Source: Candidatus Woesearchaeota archaeon (lineage in GTDB: Archaea > Nanobdellota > Nanobdellia > SCGC-AAA011-G17 > UBA489). From it: a DNA stretch of 64,000 bases. Location: contig CAYFOE010000003.1 of assembly GCA_964344635.1 (NCBI GenBank), positions 24,389 to 88,388 of the forward strand. The letters run 5' to 3'. Positions within the stretch are counted from its first letter, which is position 1, and each line of letters opens with the position of its first letter. Shown in pieces: positions 45,412 to 54,294 of this stretch. A program made the position numbers and the translations under genes. The notes below the pieces were generated by a model. The model was not told the DNA's origin. It searched no databases and saw only the letters and a program-made list of their open reading frames with translations.

Positions 45412-46867
45412 TTTATTTAATGGTGTGAAATTGGCAGACAATGATGAAAAAAATTCAGGACCCAGTAAAAAGAACAAATCTAATTTTCTTATAAACCTTT
45501 TAGGAGCTTCTCCAATGTTAGCGTTACCAGTGGCAGGTATCTGGTTTGCAGGTTTTTTCTTTAAAGGCTCGCCATTCATCTGGCTAGTCTGGCTGGTACT
45601 AGGAGGATTTTTCATATACCAAATTGTAAGATTAATTCCCATCCCTGAAGGAGTTAAGAAGGCGATAGGTGGTTTATTGAGTATTGCTATTTTGATTGGT
45701 GCAGGCGTCTTTCTTTATGCAGGATGGCAAACAGGAGGATGGAAAGAACTAGTTTTAGGAGTTGAAAGAACTGGGGCCGAACAAGCTGCAGGAACAACTG
45801 CAACCAAACTCCTAGATTATGTTAAGAACCCAGGCAGACTATTCAGTGATTTTAGCGATTTTACAGACCCCAGCGTCAAAGAAAAAGACGTAAAGAGAGG
45901 AGTAGAAATCTACGACCTCACAACTAGAAGGGAAAGTTTTGAAGAAAGTTCAGAGGTTATAATAAGAGGCTCTGCAAAAGTTAGTGCATTTGACGAGAAA
46001 GATTCAAATGTTAAATTTGGATGTTACTGGGATGAAGACCTAGAATTTGACGGATTTGTAAAAGAAGGAAGCCTAAGATTGATAGGTTATGAAGGTAGTG
46101 TGTTCACAGTCTATGCAGGCCATGACGAAATTGTCGATTTTGAATGCAAGCTAAAAGGATTACAACTAGACATTGGCGAAGGATTAAGGAGTGATGATTT
46201 TAAAGATTCCAGAACCTTTATTGCAAAAATTAACGGAGACTACGAAGACTTCAGCACCACTTCCATCTTGAAAGTTTATAATCTGAAAAAAGAAGAATTA
46301 GACTTAATGGAAGACCCCTGGGACGGAATAATCCAACCATTGAAAGGAAGAGATGATAAATTAAGAAGTGAATGTGAGCTCGGTTGTGGTTTGACCAGGC
46401 TTTCGTTGAAGACATCCAAGCAACCACAAACTGAAGTTGGAGGCCCTTACCCTCTAGACATTGCATTAAAAAGAGATTCTGACTGGTATGGTGAAATTTC
46501 TAACGTTGAAAGAATCGAAGTCAGGGTACCTGATAACTTCCAGTTGAAAGGGTGTCAAAACTTTGGAAGTGACGCAGTACTGGATATGAATGACCTTTAC
46601 CTTGCAGAAGTTAACGAGGAAAGGATGGATGGACTGGGAAGTTACAAAGATATTCTATTCTTCTGTGATTACGACATCATAAGGCCAATGGCATTTATGC
46701 AACCCAGTGAAATATCTGTTGACGCAGTTTATGACTACACAGTTGAACTAGGGAAAGCAATTAATATCGTCGAAAAAAAAGTATTTGATGAATCCACTCA
46801 AGACTTCCAAGACTTTGAAGATGAAGGCGTTGTTTTCGATGAAGAAGACACGAGGTACCTAACATGA
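45404..46867 (+). CDS. membrane-anchored extracellular protein (487 aa)
   Basis: Two or three N-terminal TM helices, then a large acidic domain. Confidence 0.4.
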   Translation: MLSLFNGVKLADNDEKNSGPSKKNKSNFLINLLGASPMLALPVAGIWFAGFFFKGSPFIWLVWLVLGGFFIYQIVRLIPIPEGVKKAIGGLLSIAILIGAGVFLYAGWQTGGWKELVLGVERTGAEQAAGTTATKLLDYVKNPGRLFSDFSDFTDPSVKEKDVKRGVEIYDLTTRRESFEESSEVIIRGSAKVSAFDEKDSNVKFGCYWDEDLEFDGFVKEGSLRLIGYEGSVFTVYAGHDEIVDFECKLKGLQLDIGEGLRSDDFKDSRTFIAKINGDYEDFSTTSILKVYNLKKEELDLMEDPWDGIIQPLKGRDDKLRSECELGCGLTRLSLKTSKQPQTEVGGPYPLDIALKRDSDWYGEISNVERIEVRVPDNFQLKGCQNFGSDAVLDMNDLYLAEVNEERMDGLGSYKDILFFCDYDIIRPMAFMQPSEISVDAVYDYTVELGKAINIVEKKVFDESTQDFQDFEDEGVVFDEEDTRYLT

Positions 46868-47838
46868 TCAGAAACTATGTATTCATTTTCGGAATGCTGC
46901 TCTTAGTAGGGTGTATGCCATTCCAAGGGGGAGATTTTTCCTTTGACCAAGATTCAAAGACTGGAGAGTTTGAAGAACAAAAATTTGTTTTGAGTGGTCC
47001 ACAGAAAGGCGTCGTTTTAAATTTTAGAGCTGGTCAACCCAGCAATCCCATAATTGGACCATTTTCTACAACAGTCGAGATATCAAATTATTTGGATGAT
47101 TTTGTAACATACAATCTGGACGTTTATGATTCGACATCCCTAGAAGGGTTTGACTCAGTTAAAGATATCCAAGGAAACATAGGGCCAGCAATTTATGACG
47201 GAGATAGATTTTATCAGCCCCAAAGAGAAGTTTATTCCATGGACTCCACAGTTTACTCAGGTGTAAGAGACGGCTCGGAAACACAATTCATTGCAAAAGT
47301 TAAGTACGAAGTTAATTCTGATGCAGAAATTAATTTTTGTGTGACAGGTAGTGGGGGCTCACAAAGAGATTGTTCTTCAACACAAACTCTGTCCGGAAGC
47401 TCAATGGGCGAAGCCAATTATAGATCTCCGGTTTTGATAAAGAACGTTAAAAAAACAATCGGCAGTGAAAACACCGAAGGTTTTGCTACAATGATGCTGG
47501 AAATATCCATAGAGGATGATGGGAAAGGAAAAGTTTGGAACATATTCGATGACAATTTTAGAGAAGAAATAATTAAATTTAACATTATTCCATTATATGG
47601 AGTTGATGAATTTAGGTGTAGTTCAGATAACTCTGTTAGCCAAATTGGAAGGCATGACCTAAGCGGAATAGACTTGCCAATGAAAGTTAGACTAGAAAAA
47701 GGAAGAGCTAAAGTTGTTTGCCAAAGCGAAGTCATGGTTGATGAAACCATAAATAATATCAAATCAATCTTGAATCTAAATTACGGTTACGAGTATCAGA
47801 CAGAAACAGATTTGATAGATGTGAGGGCCGGAAACTAA
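46864..47838 (+). CDS. secreted/lipoprotein-like protein
   Basis: MIRNYVFIFGMLLLVGCMPFQGG looks like a signal peptide with lipobox. Confidence 0.4.
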   Translation: MIRNYVFIFGMLLLVGCMPFQGGDFSFDQDSKTGEFEEQKFVLSGPQKGVVLNFRAGQPSNPIIGPFSTTVEISNYLDDFVTYNLDVYDSTSLEGFDSVKDIQGNIGPAIYDGDRFYQPQREVYSMDSTVYSGVRDGSETQFIAKVKYEVNSDAEINFCVTGSGGSQRDCSSTQTLSGSSMGEANYRSPVLIKNVKKTIGSENTEGFATMMLEISIEDDGKGKVWNIFDDNFREEIIKFNIIPLYGVDEFRCSSDNSVSQIGRHDLSGIDLPMKVRLEKGRAKVVCQSEVMVDETINNIKSILNLNYGYEYQTETDLIDVRAGN

Positions 47839-47848
47839 ATTTTAACTA

Positions 47849-48847
47849 ATGGTTAGTTTTTTAAATAAAGGTGTATTGAGAATGAATATGAATATTTCAA
47901 AAAGAGGCTTTAAACTTGGCTTTCTAGCATTATTATTAATTGGAGCTTTATTCATCACAGGATGCCAACAAAAAGTAACCGAGCCAAAAATGGAAGGTCC
48001 ATATATAGGAGGGGTGACCGGTCTGGAATTTGCATTCCAAGAAAATGAACCACCACAAGCAGTTTTAGACGATTCACAAGAACAATTTTATTTCACATTA
48101 GTTGTTAGAAATCTAGGAGAATACACAGTTGAAGTTGGAAAAGCAATAGCTTCATTGAGCGGTGTCGATGCAAACGCATTTGGAATGAATTCATTAGACA
48201 CTAAGAATGAAGTTGAGATCACAGGAACTTCCCCTGACAATGGCTTTGTTATTTCCGGAGCAGAAGAATTATTAGAATTTGAAGAGGCAAGCTACATTAA
48301 CGATGTTGCAACTACCTTTGACGTCCCAATAAGAGCAGACCTTTGTTACGGGTATCACACCGAAGCACTAACAGCACCATGTTTAAAGAAGAATGTAGTT
48401 AGAGAATCAATCGGAGATGTTTGTGCTACAAGCAATCCCGAATTACAATTATCAAATTCCGGTGCACCAATCCAAGTTACAGGGATGAGACAAAAAGCAG
48501 TCGGTTCAAATAAAGTTCAATTATCCTTCGCAGTAGAAAATGTAGGACAGGGCCTAGTTTATTTGCCAGATTCATTCACTGATTCTTGCAGAGGTAACGA
48601 AGACAATAAAGATATGGTTAAAGTTACATTAAGAAACCCTCAAGAAAACTTCGTAGTTGAATGTACCGCATTGGGCAAAAGCAATACTGGAAACATCAGA
48701 TTAGTTAATGGAAGGAAGGAATTGACCTGTACAATAAATACAGAAAACCTTCAAGATGTAAGCTACCAAGACATTCTATTTGTAGATGTGGATTACATGT
48801 ACAGGGAAGCGATCACTACTAGTTTAAGAGTAGAAAACGCAATTTAA
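47849..48847 (+). CDS. secreted/lipoprotein-like protein
   Basis: SKRGFKLGFLALLLIGALFITGCQQ. Confidence 0.4.
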   Translation: MVSFLNKGVLRMNMNISKRGFKLGFLALLLIGALFITGCQQKVTEPKMEGPYIGGVTGLEFAFQENEPPQAVLDDSQEQFYFTLVVRNLGEYTVEVGKAIASLSGVDANAFGMNSLDTKNEVEITGTSPDNGFVISGAEELLEFEEASYINDVATTFDVPIRADLCYGYHTEALTAPCLKKNVVRESIGDVCATSNPELQLSNSGAPIQVTGMRQKAVGSNKVQLSFAVENVGQGLVYLPDSFTDSCRGNEDNKDMVKVTLRNPQENFVVECTALGKSNTGNIRLVNGRKELTCTINTENLQDVSYQDILFVDVDYMYREAITTSLRVENAI

Positions 48848-48881
48848 TTAGATTTAAATAATGCATTTATTTTAAGTTTCT

Positions 48882-49436
48882 ATGAGTTTGAATGTCTTAA
48901 AAGAAAAATATTCTAATTGCAATCTATGTACAGAATTGGCAAATTATAGGTCCCAAGTTGTTTTTGGTTCGAATTATACTGAAGATTGTAAAATTATGAT
49001 TATTGGCGAAGCTCCGGGAAAAGAAGAAGATCTTAAAGGAGAACCTTTTATTGGACGAAGCGGCCAAATTCTAAATAAGTTTTTAGAGGAAATTGGCCTG
49101 AGTAGGAACGATGTTTTTATTACAAATACCGTTTTGTGTAGGCCTCCAGAAAATAGGAATCCCAAGACTGAAGAATTAAACTATTGCAGGGAAAGGCTGG
49201 ATAAAACGATTAAATGCATAAATCCCAGAGTGATCATCACCTTAGGAAATTTTGCTACGAAATATCTCCTAGAGACAAAGGAAGGGATCACCAAATTGAG
49301 AGGAAAGATCTATGAGAAAAATGGAATGAAAGTTGTTCCTATGGCCCACCCGGCAGTTGTACTGTATAATGGCGGTTCTGAGGCAATTATGGCCCAGTTT
49401 AGGGGCGATTTTGAACTGGTTAAGGGCTTATTATAA
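48882..49436 (+). CDS. udg: uracil-DNA glycosylase, family 4 (Fe-S type)
   Basis: N-terminal CNLCTEL. Motif A GEAPGKEED. FIGRSGQIL. C-terminal HPAVVLY. Additional Cys residues for the 4Fe-4S cluster. Confidence 0.8.
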   Translation: MSLNVLKEKYSNCNLCTELANYRSQVVFGSNYTEDCKIMIIGEAPGKEEDLKGEPFIGRSGQILNKFLEEIGLSRNDVFITNTVLCRPPENRNPKTEELNYCRERLDKTIKCINPRVIITLGNFATKYLLETKEGITKLRGKIYEKNGMKVVPMAHPAVVLYNGGSEAIMAQFRGDFELVKGLL

Positions 49437-49489
49437 ACCAAAACCTTATATATTCTTTAAAGTATATTTTACTCCATAGGAGTGGTAAA

Positions 49490-50098
49490 ATGTTCAAAAA
49501 CAAGACACTATATTTAATATTGGCAGTTATAATTGCAGCCATTGCAGTTAGCAACGATGCCGAAGCAAGTTACCTTGGAAGATACTACGGATCAGGGGAA
49601 TCCATGTTTAATTCAAGAGACAGTCACAATGAATTTTCAAATTCATTCAATAATTATGATTTTTCAAATCGTGATTCCAGAAGCCAATTCTCAAACAACA
49701 ACTACGAGTATGGTTTGAATGGGCATACAAACAGCAATTATGGCTCATTTAATCAAAATGGTTACGTTTCTATGAGTGACGGATATTCATTCACAAAGAA
49801 ACCATGTTCAACAAGAACAGTCACAGGAAACGGTCATGGAAGATACCACGATTATACCGTCAAAGAAAAAATCTGCGATGGAATCTCAGGAACCTTCTAT
49901 AAAGACAACGGTTACGTGAACAACGTTAACAATCAACAAGGTTACAACCAAAATGATTATTCAACTAACGTTCTTCAAAACTCACAAAACAGTGAATCTT
50001 CACTCAGTGAACAAAACATAGTTTCAAACTGGAATAACGGTTATTCATACGGAGAATCAACCACCTTCGGTGTAGGAACTAGAATTTTATTTTATTAA
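49490..50098 (+). CDS. secreted low-complexity Asn/Ser/Tyr-rich protein
   Basis: Signal peptide MFKNKTLYLILAVIIAAIAVS, then N/S/Y/G-rich sequence. Confidence 0.35.
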   Translation: MFKNKTLYLILAVIIAAIAVSNDAEASYLGRYYGSGESMFNSRDSHNEFSNSFNNYDFSNRDSRSQFSNNNYEYGLNGHTNSNYGSFNQNGYVSMSDGYSFTKKPCSTRTVTGNGHGRYHDYTVKEKICDGISGTFYKDNGYVNNVNNQQGYNQNDYSTNVLQNSQNSESSLSEQNIVSNWNNGYSYGESTTFGVGTRILFY

Positions 50099-50877
50099 CC
50101 AATGTAGTGGTGAAGCTTGTCTTCATCATTACTGTTATTTTCTTCAACTTTTTTAGCAGTCTTTTTCTTAACACTCTTCTTTTTAGGGATTACCGTTTCA
50201 GTCTTCAACTCTTTATCAATTTTCTTTTCATTCAATTTTAAATTTAATTTTTTATTAAGATGTTTAATCACCTTTTTAGCTTCATTCAACCCAATGTAGC
50301 CCGGGTTTTCAAAAGTTTCAACCAGCATTGTAACTGCTGGGATATTCTTCTTACTTGCAAGTCCAGGAAGTAGCCCAGTAACACCCATGATTGGACCAAT
50401 AAACTCATGAAGTTGTTTTTTAGGAGTAGCACCATTCGCATATTTCTTCAACATCGAAGACTTGTTTGCAGTAAAATACATATTTGGTTTTTGAGGTACA
50501 TCTTGCAACGCAATTCCCCCCAAAGTGATTATCTCCTTTCCCTTACTCTTTTTGAAGGTCTCAATAACAGTGTTACAAAATGAATGGCATGAATTCTCTG
50601 AAGCAGGCTGGATATCTCCAGAAAGCAAAAGGATATTTCTTGCTCCAATCTTTGCAGAATATATCTCAATTGAAGGAAGCTCTATCAGGTTTTCCTCATT
50701 CACGAAAACATAGTGGGGCATCTCATTAGACCTCAAGTCATAAACTTTCTTAGCATCTAATGCATCAATCAAGTACTCTACCGCAATTTTCCCAACATTA
50801 CCTACACCCGGAAGACCCTCAATTAGAGTAGGATTCTTAATTACTGCCTTTGAAGTTTTGTTAATTTTCCAAGTCAT
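50095..50877 (-). CDS. PAC2-family (proteasome assembly chaperone-like) protein with Lys-rich C-terminal tail
   Basis: N-terminal LIEGLPGVGNVGKIAVEYLID matches the PAC2/COG1938 G-rich block. Confidence 0.55.
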   Translation of the reverse strand: MTWKINKTSKAVIKNPTLIEGLPGVGNVGKIAVEYLIDALDAKKVYDLRSNEMPHYVFVNEENLIELPSIEIYSAKIGARNILLLSGDIQPASENSCHSFCNTVIETFKKSKGKEIITLGGIALQDVPQKPNMYFTANKSSMLKKYANGATPKKQLHEFIGPIMGVTGLLPGLASKKNIPAVTMLVETFENPGYIGLNEAKKVIKHLNKKLNLKLNEKKIDKELKTETVIPKKKSVKKKTAKKVEENNSNDEDKLHHYIG

Positions 50878-51031
50878 TTTGTTTCTTTACCATCCTTCTA
50901 TAATGCCCATATTTGTCTTCTGGACTAAATTTAGCAGGCTTAGTTGTTATCGTTCTATTATTACAATCCTTACAAACTTTTTCTAACGTGTGCTTTTCAC
51001 ACCTATCGCATTTAAGAATCTCAACTTTCAT
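50861..51031 (-). CDS. nop10: H/ACA RNP protein Nop10
   Basis: MKVEILKCDRCEKHTLEKVCKDCNNRTITTKPAKFSPEDKYGHYRRMVKKQNDLEN has a zinc ribbon plus the PxKFSPxDKY...YRR Nop10 motif. ATGA overlap with the aIF2alpha stop; overlaps the next gene start by 17 nt. Confidence 0.7.
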   Translation of the reverse strand: MKVEILKCDRCEKHTLEKVCKDCNNRTITTKPAKFSPEDKYGHYRRMVKKQNDLEN

Positions 51032-51825
51032 TTCTTTGCTTTTTGAATCTCTAAAGTTCCATTTGCTTTCTCTATTTCTTTTCTTAGTTCGTTAATTATT
51101 TCTTCAGTCTGAGATTCTAATTGTTTAGGTTCTGACGAAACAATCGATAAACAATATTTTGGAGCAGAAACATAACTTATCTTTGCATTGTACTCCTTTT
51201 TCTTAGCAAGATCTAAAGCCTTTTTAATTGACTTCTTTATCGAAACTATCCCATCTCCTGCCGGACAAGTAATCATTAAGTCTTTAGTATTCTTTATTTC
51301 TTGAGGCTTAAGCCTTGCCTTGATAGTTTCTTCAAGCGCAGAACTTATCTTCTTTTCAACACCTAAACTTTCCAAAGAAATTTCCGACTCCTCAGCAATA
51401 TCCTGGAATGCTGCACCTATAGAATCATACTCCTTCGATATTTTTTTGTTAAGATCTGTATAAACTTTAGTGAAATCAAGTTTCATTTGTTTTGAAACCG
51501 ATTCAATTATTTTCTTACACTTGTCCTCAAGTTTTACTTCCTTTAACTTGTTTAATTTTTGACCAGTTGTAACCCTCCTAAGAGAAAGATCAAGGTTTCC
51601 ATATCTCTCGTTTTTTCTCAGAACTTTACAAACAACCCTCTTACCTTCCTTTACAAAATCTCTGATAGTTCTAATTCTACCAGGAGAGATTTCTGAGATG
51701 TGAATAATTCCTTCCTTGTTTTCATACTCTTCAAGCTTAACGAAAACAGTAGTTCTTTGAATTTTCTTAACTATGCAGAGGACGATTTCTTCTTCTTGAG
51801 GGAATCCACTCTTCTTTATCTGCAT
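51028..51825 (-). CDS. eif2a: translation initiation factor 2 alpha subunit (aIF2alpha)
   Basis: N-terminal S1 domain GFPQEEEIVLCIVKKI...GIIHISEISPGRIRTIRDFVKEGKRVVCKVL plus helical and alpha-beta domains. Conserved position between rps27e and nop10. Confidence 0.85.
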   Translation of the reverse strand: MQIKKSGFPQEEEIVLCIVKKIQRTTVFVKLEEYENKEGIIHISEISPGRIRTIRDFVKEGKRVVCKVLRKNERYGNLDLSLRRVTTGQKLNKLKEVKLEDKCKKIIESVSKQMKLDFTKVYTDLNKKISKEYDSIGAAFQDIAEESEISLESLGVEKKISSALEETIKARLKPQEIKNTKDLMITCPAGDGIVSIKKSIKKALDLAKKKEYNAKISYVSAPKYCLSIVSSEPKQLESQTEEIINELRKEIEKANGTLEIQKAKK

Positions 51826-52013
51826 TAGCTCAGTACCTCTAGAATTCTGGCCTTTATCTCACCCTTACCGCCTTTCGGCTCAGCAAGAGTCTTTCCACAA
51901 ACAGAACAAACTACCTGTGACGATGGCTTTCCAAAGATTGTTTGGTTATTCTTGCATTTAGAGCAACTTACTTTGATAAATTTACTTTTTGGCTCTTGGA
52001 TTTCTTGAGTCAT
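51825..52013 (-). CDS. rps27e: ribosomal protein S27e
   Basis: FIKVSCSKCKNNQTIFGKPSSQVVCSVCGKTL is a C4 zinc finger typical of S27e. Confidence 0.88.
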   Translation of the reverse strand: MTQEIQEPKSKFIKVSCSKCKNNQTIFGKPSSQVVCSVCGKTLAEPKGGKGEIKARILEVLS

Positions 52014-52101
52014 TTTATTGGTTTTTCTTGGATTTTTGTTTATAAATCTTGTCTTTTGAGGATTAGTAATATTTATAAGTTTCTTATATATTATTCTTTT
52101 A

Positions 52102-52328
52102 TGAAGGGTGTGAAGGTGAAAAGGCTTAATGGAAGTTACTCAACCCATAAGCTATTAGACTGCGTGGCAGTGGTTCTAGGAATCTTAACAGTTTTATTAA
52201 TTGCATTATCTAGGAATCTTGTTGGCAGTGGCCAAGTTTTAAAGGGTTCAGGCATGTTCGCTCCAATCTTATTGATCGTACTAGTCGTAGTATTAATTGG
52301 TGTTTATTTGAAAATTTCAGAAAATTAA
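52102..52328 (+). CDS. possible small membrane protein (75 aa) encoded between rps27e and rpl44e on the opposite strand
   Basis: MKGVKVKRLNGSYSTHKLLDCVAVVLGILTVLLIALS...MFAPILLIVLVVVLIGVYL. TATA-like tttataaat upstream. Confidence 0.3.
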
Positions 52329-52645
52329 TGTTTTTCTTCAATTGATAACTTTTTAGATCTAACCACTGAAGACTTAACCTGGGACTTTTTACAAACCTTA
52401 CAAGTTAATCTGAAATCTGATTTCTTAGAAGTTTTAGCACCATACCTCTTCCATTTAGAGATTGCCCCCCTAGATTTCGAACCATGATTTCCAAAGCCAG
52501 CCATTCCCCTTCCTCTAGCTCCTAACCTGGAAAGAGATCCTCTCTTTAGAGTTCCTCTCTCTTTCTTTTTAGCAAGAGCTACAGTTTGCTCGGTTTGAGC
52601 CTTACACTTCGGACAAAATGTCTTTTTAGTCTTTGGTACTTTCAA
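52325..52645 (-). CDS. rpl44e: ribosomal protein L44e
   Basis: MKVPKTKKTFCPKCKAQTEQTV...CKVCKK zinc ribbon plus basic tail. Confidence 0.88.
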   Translation of the reverse strand: MKVPKTKKTFCPKCKAQTEQTVALAKKKERGTLKRGSLSRLGARGRGMAGFGNHGSKSRGAISKWKRYGAKTSKKSDFRLTCKVCKKSQVKSSVVRSKKLSIEEKH

Positions 52646-53255
52646 CTTTTATTTCCTCTGCCCTCTTCCTTTTTATCAAGAGTTCAGCTGTTTTCCTCGG
52701 TAAATATGAAACATCCTCCTGTTCGAAGGGACCATACGTATTGAGGTCATTGGCTACAAATTTTGGCACAGAATGCAAAAATCTAACCATTTTGTTTTTT
52801 TCAGATTGGCCATGCTGGCTTTTTATATCTTTTGGTGTCTCAATTTTCCTACTAACCTCTACCTTTTTACCCTTAAGCACATTATACAGGATTCCGTTCC
52901 TATAATCTCCAAAAGTCTCCAAAAGTTCATTGTAGAGCTTTTTCTCTTCCTTTAGCATATTTGTCCCGGATTCCTTGATGCCAGCCCTGGAAGACAGCAT
53001 TGCAAGATTTACGATCTTATTCTCCCGCTTTTCATAGAATTCCTTGATTATTTTTTTCGCATTGTCCAATTGGAGCTGAGTTTTTTTGGAATCAGAAGAA
53101 AAAATTGAATCCGAATCTTGTTCCGTTTTCAAGATTGCAGCCTTTTCTTGAAGATATTGAATAGTCTGATTAAAGAATTCTTCATCCAACTTCTGGAGCT
53201 CTTGGTTTATCTTTTCTTTCCTAAGTAGCTCAAAAAGTGTCTCAAATGTTAACAT
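52626..53255 (-). CDS. GINS complex subunit (Gins51-like)
   Basis: N-terminal A-domain pattern MLTFETLFELLRKEK...LDEEFFNQTIQYL. C-terminal B-domain VRFLHSVPKFVANDLNTYGPFEQEDVSYLPRKTAELLI. Confidence 0.5.
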   Translation of the reverse strand: MLTFETLFELLRKEKINQELQKLDEEFFNQTIQYLQEKAAILKTEQDSDSIFSSDSKKTQLQLDNAKKIIKEFYEKRENKIVNLAMLSSRAGIKESGTNMLKEEKKLYNELLETFGDYRNGILYNVLKGKKVEVSRKIETPKDIKSQHGQSEKNKMVRFLHSVPKFVANDLNTYGPFEQEDVSYLPRKTAELLIKRKRAEEIKVESTKD

Positions 53256-53340
53256 TGTGCCCCCAGCTAATCCAGTGAGATCTGGGTTATTAAGTCTTAT
53301 GGCTAGGAAAGCTTATAACTTGTTTTTAAATGGTGTTAGT

Positions 53341-54276
53341 ATGAAAATTAAGGTCGTGGAAGAAGACTTCAAAGTCGATGAAATTTTTGATTTATCCCTG
53401 AAAAAATTTGAAGATCTAGGTGAACACCCCTATGCATATTTTTTGATCACCAAGAAAGGAAGAAACACACCTGACGTAGTTAATGAAATTGCTAGACGTC
53501 TAAGGATTAATACAAAATCTGTAGGCTTTGCAGGAAACAAAGACAAACACGCAATTACCAGCCAATATGTTTCAATTCCTTTTGAAAACCAAACAGACGT
53601 TGAAAACTTTTTGAAAATACAAATCGAGAACGTTTCTATTGATTTTATAGGCTGGAGCGACGAAAGAATAAACCTTGGAGACTTAATCGGAAATAAATTT
53701 GAAATCATTGTAAGGGGTTTAGATGACATAGTCGAATTTAAACAAAACAAGATCAAAAACTATTTCGGACCACAAAGATTCGGAATAAAAAACATCAATG
53801 TAGATGTTGGAAGAGCGATCATCAAAAAAGATTTTAGAAAAGCATGCAAACTAATAGGCCTTGAAGTCGAAGAAAATAATTATGTCAATGCATTAAAAAG
53901 ATTAGAAAATAGAACATTAAGGTTTTATGTTGGAGCATACCAATCCTATCTCTGGAACTATGTCGCTGAAAGAATTGACGGTTTAGACAAGTTAGAAGTG
54001 TTAGGATTTTTCACAGAATTCGAAGATGAAACTGCAGGGAAAATCTACAAAGAGATTATGGACGTTGAGGGAATAAAAAAAGAAGACTTTATGATTAAAC
54101 AAATCAAAGAAGCAAGTGTCGAAGGAACTGAAAGAAAATTATACCTAGATGTTCAAAATTTTAAATTTAGTTGGACTGACGACGACATGATTCAAGGAAA
54201 GAAAAAATGCATTCTCTCATTTGTTCTAGGAAAAGGATCATATGCAACAGTAGTTGTTGATTCCTTGTTTAGCTAG
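53341..54276 (+). CDS. truD: tRNA pseudouridine synthase TruD (Pus7 family)
   Basis: GFAGNKDKHAITSQ (TruD G-x-KD-K-x-A motif). FGPQRFG. Start taken at MKIKVVEEDF; an upstream in-frame ATG at 53257 is possible. Confidence 0.65.
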   Translation: MKIKVVEEDFKVDEIFDLSLKKFEDLGEHPYAYFLITKKGRNTPDVVNEIARRLRINTKSVGFAGNKDKHAITSQYVSIPFENQTDVENFLKIQIENVSIDFIGWSDERINLGDLIGNKFEIIVRGLDDIVEFKQNKIKNYFGPQRFGIKNINVDVGRAIIKKDFRKACKLIGLEVEENNYVNALKRLENRTLRFYVGAYQSYLWNYVAERIDGLDKLEVLGFFTEFEDETAGKIYKEIMDVEGIKKEDFMIKQIKEASVEGTERKLYLDVQNFKFSWTDDDMIQGKKKCILSFVLGKGSYATVVVDSLFS

Positions 54277-54294
54277 TCTTGGAAAGATATATAA

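Noticed and set aside
50095-50877. HbYX proteasome-docking motif at the C-terminus of the PAC2-family protein
   Set aside because: The C-terminus ends ...LHHYIG. The last three residues (Y-I-G) do not fit hydrophobic-Tyr-X at the extreme terminus, so no HbYX claim is made.
53257-53340. N-terminal extension of TruD (MPPANPVRSGLLSLMARKAYNLFLNGVS)
   Set aside because: It overlaps the divergent promoter region shared with the GINS gene. Conserved TruD sequence begins at MKIKVV. Kept as a possible alternative start only.
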